From the NCBI GenBank assembly GCA_013203655.1, contig JABMPN010000057.1, forward strand, positions 16,451 through 80,450: a stretch of DNA of 64,000 nt. The letters run 5' to 3'. The notes beneath the pieces were generated by a model, which was not told the origin of the DNA, did no database searches, and saw only the letters and a list, made by a program, of their open reading frames with translations. Both the position numbers and the translations under genes were made by a program. Of the stretch, positions 62,020-64,000 are shown in pieces (within the stretch, counting starts at the first letter, position 1; every line of letters begins with the position of its first letter). This DNA comes from Cyanobacteria bacterium bin.51 (GTDB taxonomy: Bacteria > Cyanobacteriota > Cyanobacteriia > PCC-6307 > Cyanobiaceae).

Positions 62020-64000
62020 TCAGTTACCGCCCTTTGTTCTCAAAGATGCAGAAACTTTCGCGATGCTTGATTCCCGCGGGGAGATCTGCCCGGAGAATCA
62101 GCATGACTCGGGCATTTTTCACCGCGGGGCCCGCCATGTCAGCCGCCTGCAGTTGTTGCTCTGGGATCGCCCGACTGTGGTGCTCAGCTCCACTGAACGG
62201 GGGGCGATCGGCTTGCATGTCAGCCATCTGAGCAACGAAGAAGCCACACCCCATGGCCCCTGCGCCATGACGGTTCATCTCGAGCGCAGCACTGTGCTGA
62301 CCCCCACGGCCTGCCTGCAGCAGTTGTGCTTCACCAACGATGGACTTGTGCCCTTGCAGATGCCGCTGACCCTGCGCTTTGACGCCGATTTCAAAGACAT
62401 CTTTGAGTTGCGGGGCTATGAACGCCCTAAGCATGGCGACTGCCGGCACAGCTTCAATAGCGCGGATCTGCAATGCCTCTATCGCGGCCTCGATGGCGAG
62501 GACCGCATCACCGTGATGCGCCTCAGCTCCCCGGTTCAGGAGGTGGGTGAGGAGCGCATCAGCTTGATGATGCTGTTAGAACCGCGCCAGACTAAACGCC
62601 TCTGCCTAGCCCTCGATTTTCACCCGTGTTCACCACCGCTGCCGCCTGAACTGCACTTTGATCAGGCGCTGTCAGCCACGATCGAGCGCTTCCGTGAGGC
62701 CAGGCGTAGCGCGGCCTCAATCAGCAGTGACAACCATTCCTTCAACAGCTGGCTAATGCGCTCGTTTTCGGACGTGCATCTGCTCACCAGCCAGGTTGGG
62801 GATGGGCTTTATCCCTATGCCGGAGTGCCCTGGTTCAGCTGTCCGTTTGGACGGGATGGACTAATCACGGCCCGACAACTGTTGCTGGTGGAGCCTCGCT
62901 TGGCGCGTGGGGTGCTGGGTTTTCTGGCGGAACGCCAGGCTGACTCCGATGACCCCAGCCATGATCAGGAACCCGGCAAGATCCTGCATGAGTCACGCCT
63001 CGGTGAGATGGCGGCGCTGGGGGAGGTTCCCTTTGCCCATTACTACGGGGCGGTGGACGCCACCCCCCTGTTTCTGATCCTGGCCGGCGATTACCTGCGC
63101 CGCAGCGACGACCGGGCCTTCATTGCAGGAATTCTGCCAAGTCTGGAGGCCGCCATGGCCTGGGTTCACCGGGCTGAAGCCCGCAGCGCCGATGGTTTTC
63201 TCCGCTATCAATGCACGGCCATGGGTGGCCTGAGCAATCAGGGCTGGAAGGATTCCGGCGATGCCATCCACCACGCCGATGGACGCCTAGCCGAGGGCTC
63301 AATTGCCCTTTGTGAGGTGCAAGCATATAGCTATGGCGCACGGATCTCCCTGGCATCGATTCTGCGTTGTTTTGGCCGCAACGACGAAGCCCAGGCCCTC
63401 ATGGAGGAGGCCAGGCGGCTGCGTCAACGCTTTCACCAAGCGTTCTGGAGTCCGTTGATCGATTCCTATGCGCTGGCCCTTGATGGCAATGGACAGCGCT
63501 GTGAGGTGCGGACGTCGAATGCAGGCCATTGCCTCTGGACCGGTATTGCCACCAATGAGGCGGCTGGGCTGATCGCCCGCCAGCTTCTGGCTTCCACCAG
63601 CTTTAACGGCTGGGGGGTGAGAACCCTTGATGATCGGGAGGTCCGTTACAACCCAATGGGATACCACAACGGGTCGGTCTGGCCCCATGACAACGCCATG
63701 GTCGGCATGGGACTAGCTCGCTATGGCTATCGCTCGGAAGTGCTGAGGATTCTCTCTGGCCTGTTCGAAACGGCCTGTGCGACGCCATTATTTCGTCTAC
63801 CTGAACTGTTTTGCGGCTTCCCGCGGCGTGAGGAGGAAGGCCCGACGTTTTATCCTGTGGCCTGCAGCCCTCAAGCCTGGGCCAGCGGCAGTGTGTTCGG
63901 CTTGCTAGAAGCTGTCACCGGTATGGCCGTCAAACGGGACGCCAGCAGTGGCCGCATGCAGGTGGTACTCCGTAACCCCGTTCTCCCCAAGGACTTGGGC
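62012..64000 (+). CDS. Amylo-alpha-1,6-glucosidase (glycogen debranching family), truncated by window end
   Basis: Not in the ORF track. Read manually from ATG 62012: VLKDAETFAMLD, AGVPWFSCPFGRD, EPGKILHE, YYGAVDATPLF, NQGWKDSGD, YHNGSVWPHDN, RLPELFCG, YPVACSPQAWA. Frame confirmed at 62822 and 63662. Confidence 0.92.
   Translation, partial: MPDQLPPFVLKDAETFAMLDSRGEICPENQHDSGIFHRGARHVSRLQLLLWDRPTVVLSSTERGAIGLHVSHLSNEEATPHGPCAMTVHLERSTVLTPTACLQQLCFTNDGLVPLQMPLTLRFDADFKDIFELRGYERPKHGDCRHSFNSADLQCLYRGLDGEDRITVMRLSSPVQEVGEERISLMMLLEPRQTKRLCLALDFHPCSPPLPPELHFDQALSATIERFREARRSAASISSDNHSFNSWLMRSFSDVHLLTSQVGDGLYPYAGVPWFSCPFGRDGLITARQLLLVEPRLARGVLGFLAERQADSDDPSHDQEPGKILHESRLGEMAALGEVPFAHYYGAVDATPLFLILAGDYLRRSDDRAFIAGILPSLEAAMAWVHRAEARSADGFLRYQCTAMGGLSNQGWKDSGDAIHHADGRLAEGSIALCEVQAYSYGARISLASILRCFGRNDEAQALMEEARRLRQRFHQAFWSPLIDSYALALDGNGQRCEVRTSNAGHCLWTGIATNEAAGLIARQLLASTSFNGWGVRTLDDREVRYNPMGYHNGSVWPHDNAMVGMGLARYGYRSEVLRILSGLFETACATPLFRLPELFCGFPRREEEGPTFYPVACSPQAWASGSVFGLLEAVTGMAVKRDASSGRMQVVLRNPVLPKDLG

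Noticed and set aside
62024-63788. Short minus-strand ORFs listed near the right end
   Set aside because: They lie antisense to the glucosidase reading frame starting at 62012.

Overview
GC-rich picocyanobacterial chromosome segment; gene content and order point to Cyanobium/freshwater Synechococcus (inferred, no search run). About 60 densely packed protein genes, mostly housekeeping: cobO-pyrH-frr, tal, ftsI, lepB, proS, psb27, purA, cobK, argB, priA, sigA/rpoD, hemC, ppa, sds, murI, amidase, nit, comB, ubiD, hemL, glcD, xth, larC, fur. A lone tyrosine recombinase sits at the left edge. A small-gene accessory patch lies at about 39.1-44.6 kb. At the right edge is a less GC-rich glycosyltransferase plus amylo-alpha-1,6-glucosidase pair; the latter runs off the window and is missing from the ORF track. 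I saw no tRNA, rRNA, CRISPR array, IS element or prophage, and no clear new multi-gene system. The best leads are protein-level or sequence-level: a CLC protein with the Pro of the plant nitrate-selective motif (GPGLP), a pore-less voltage-sensor-like membrane protein, an FtsL-like gene before ftsI, an orphan larC operon, and the palindrome TGATCA on the stop codons of nine genes. All assignments come from motif recognition by eye, and several start codons are my best guesses.
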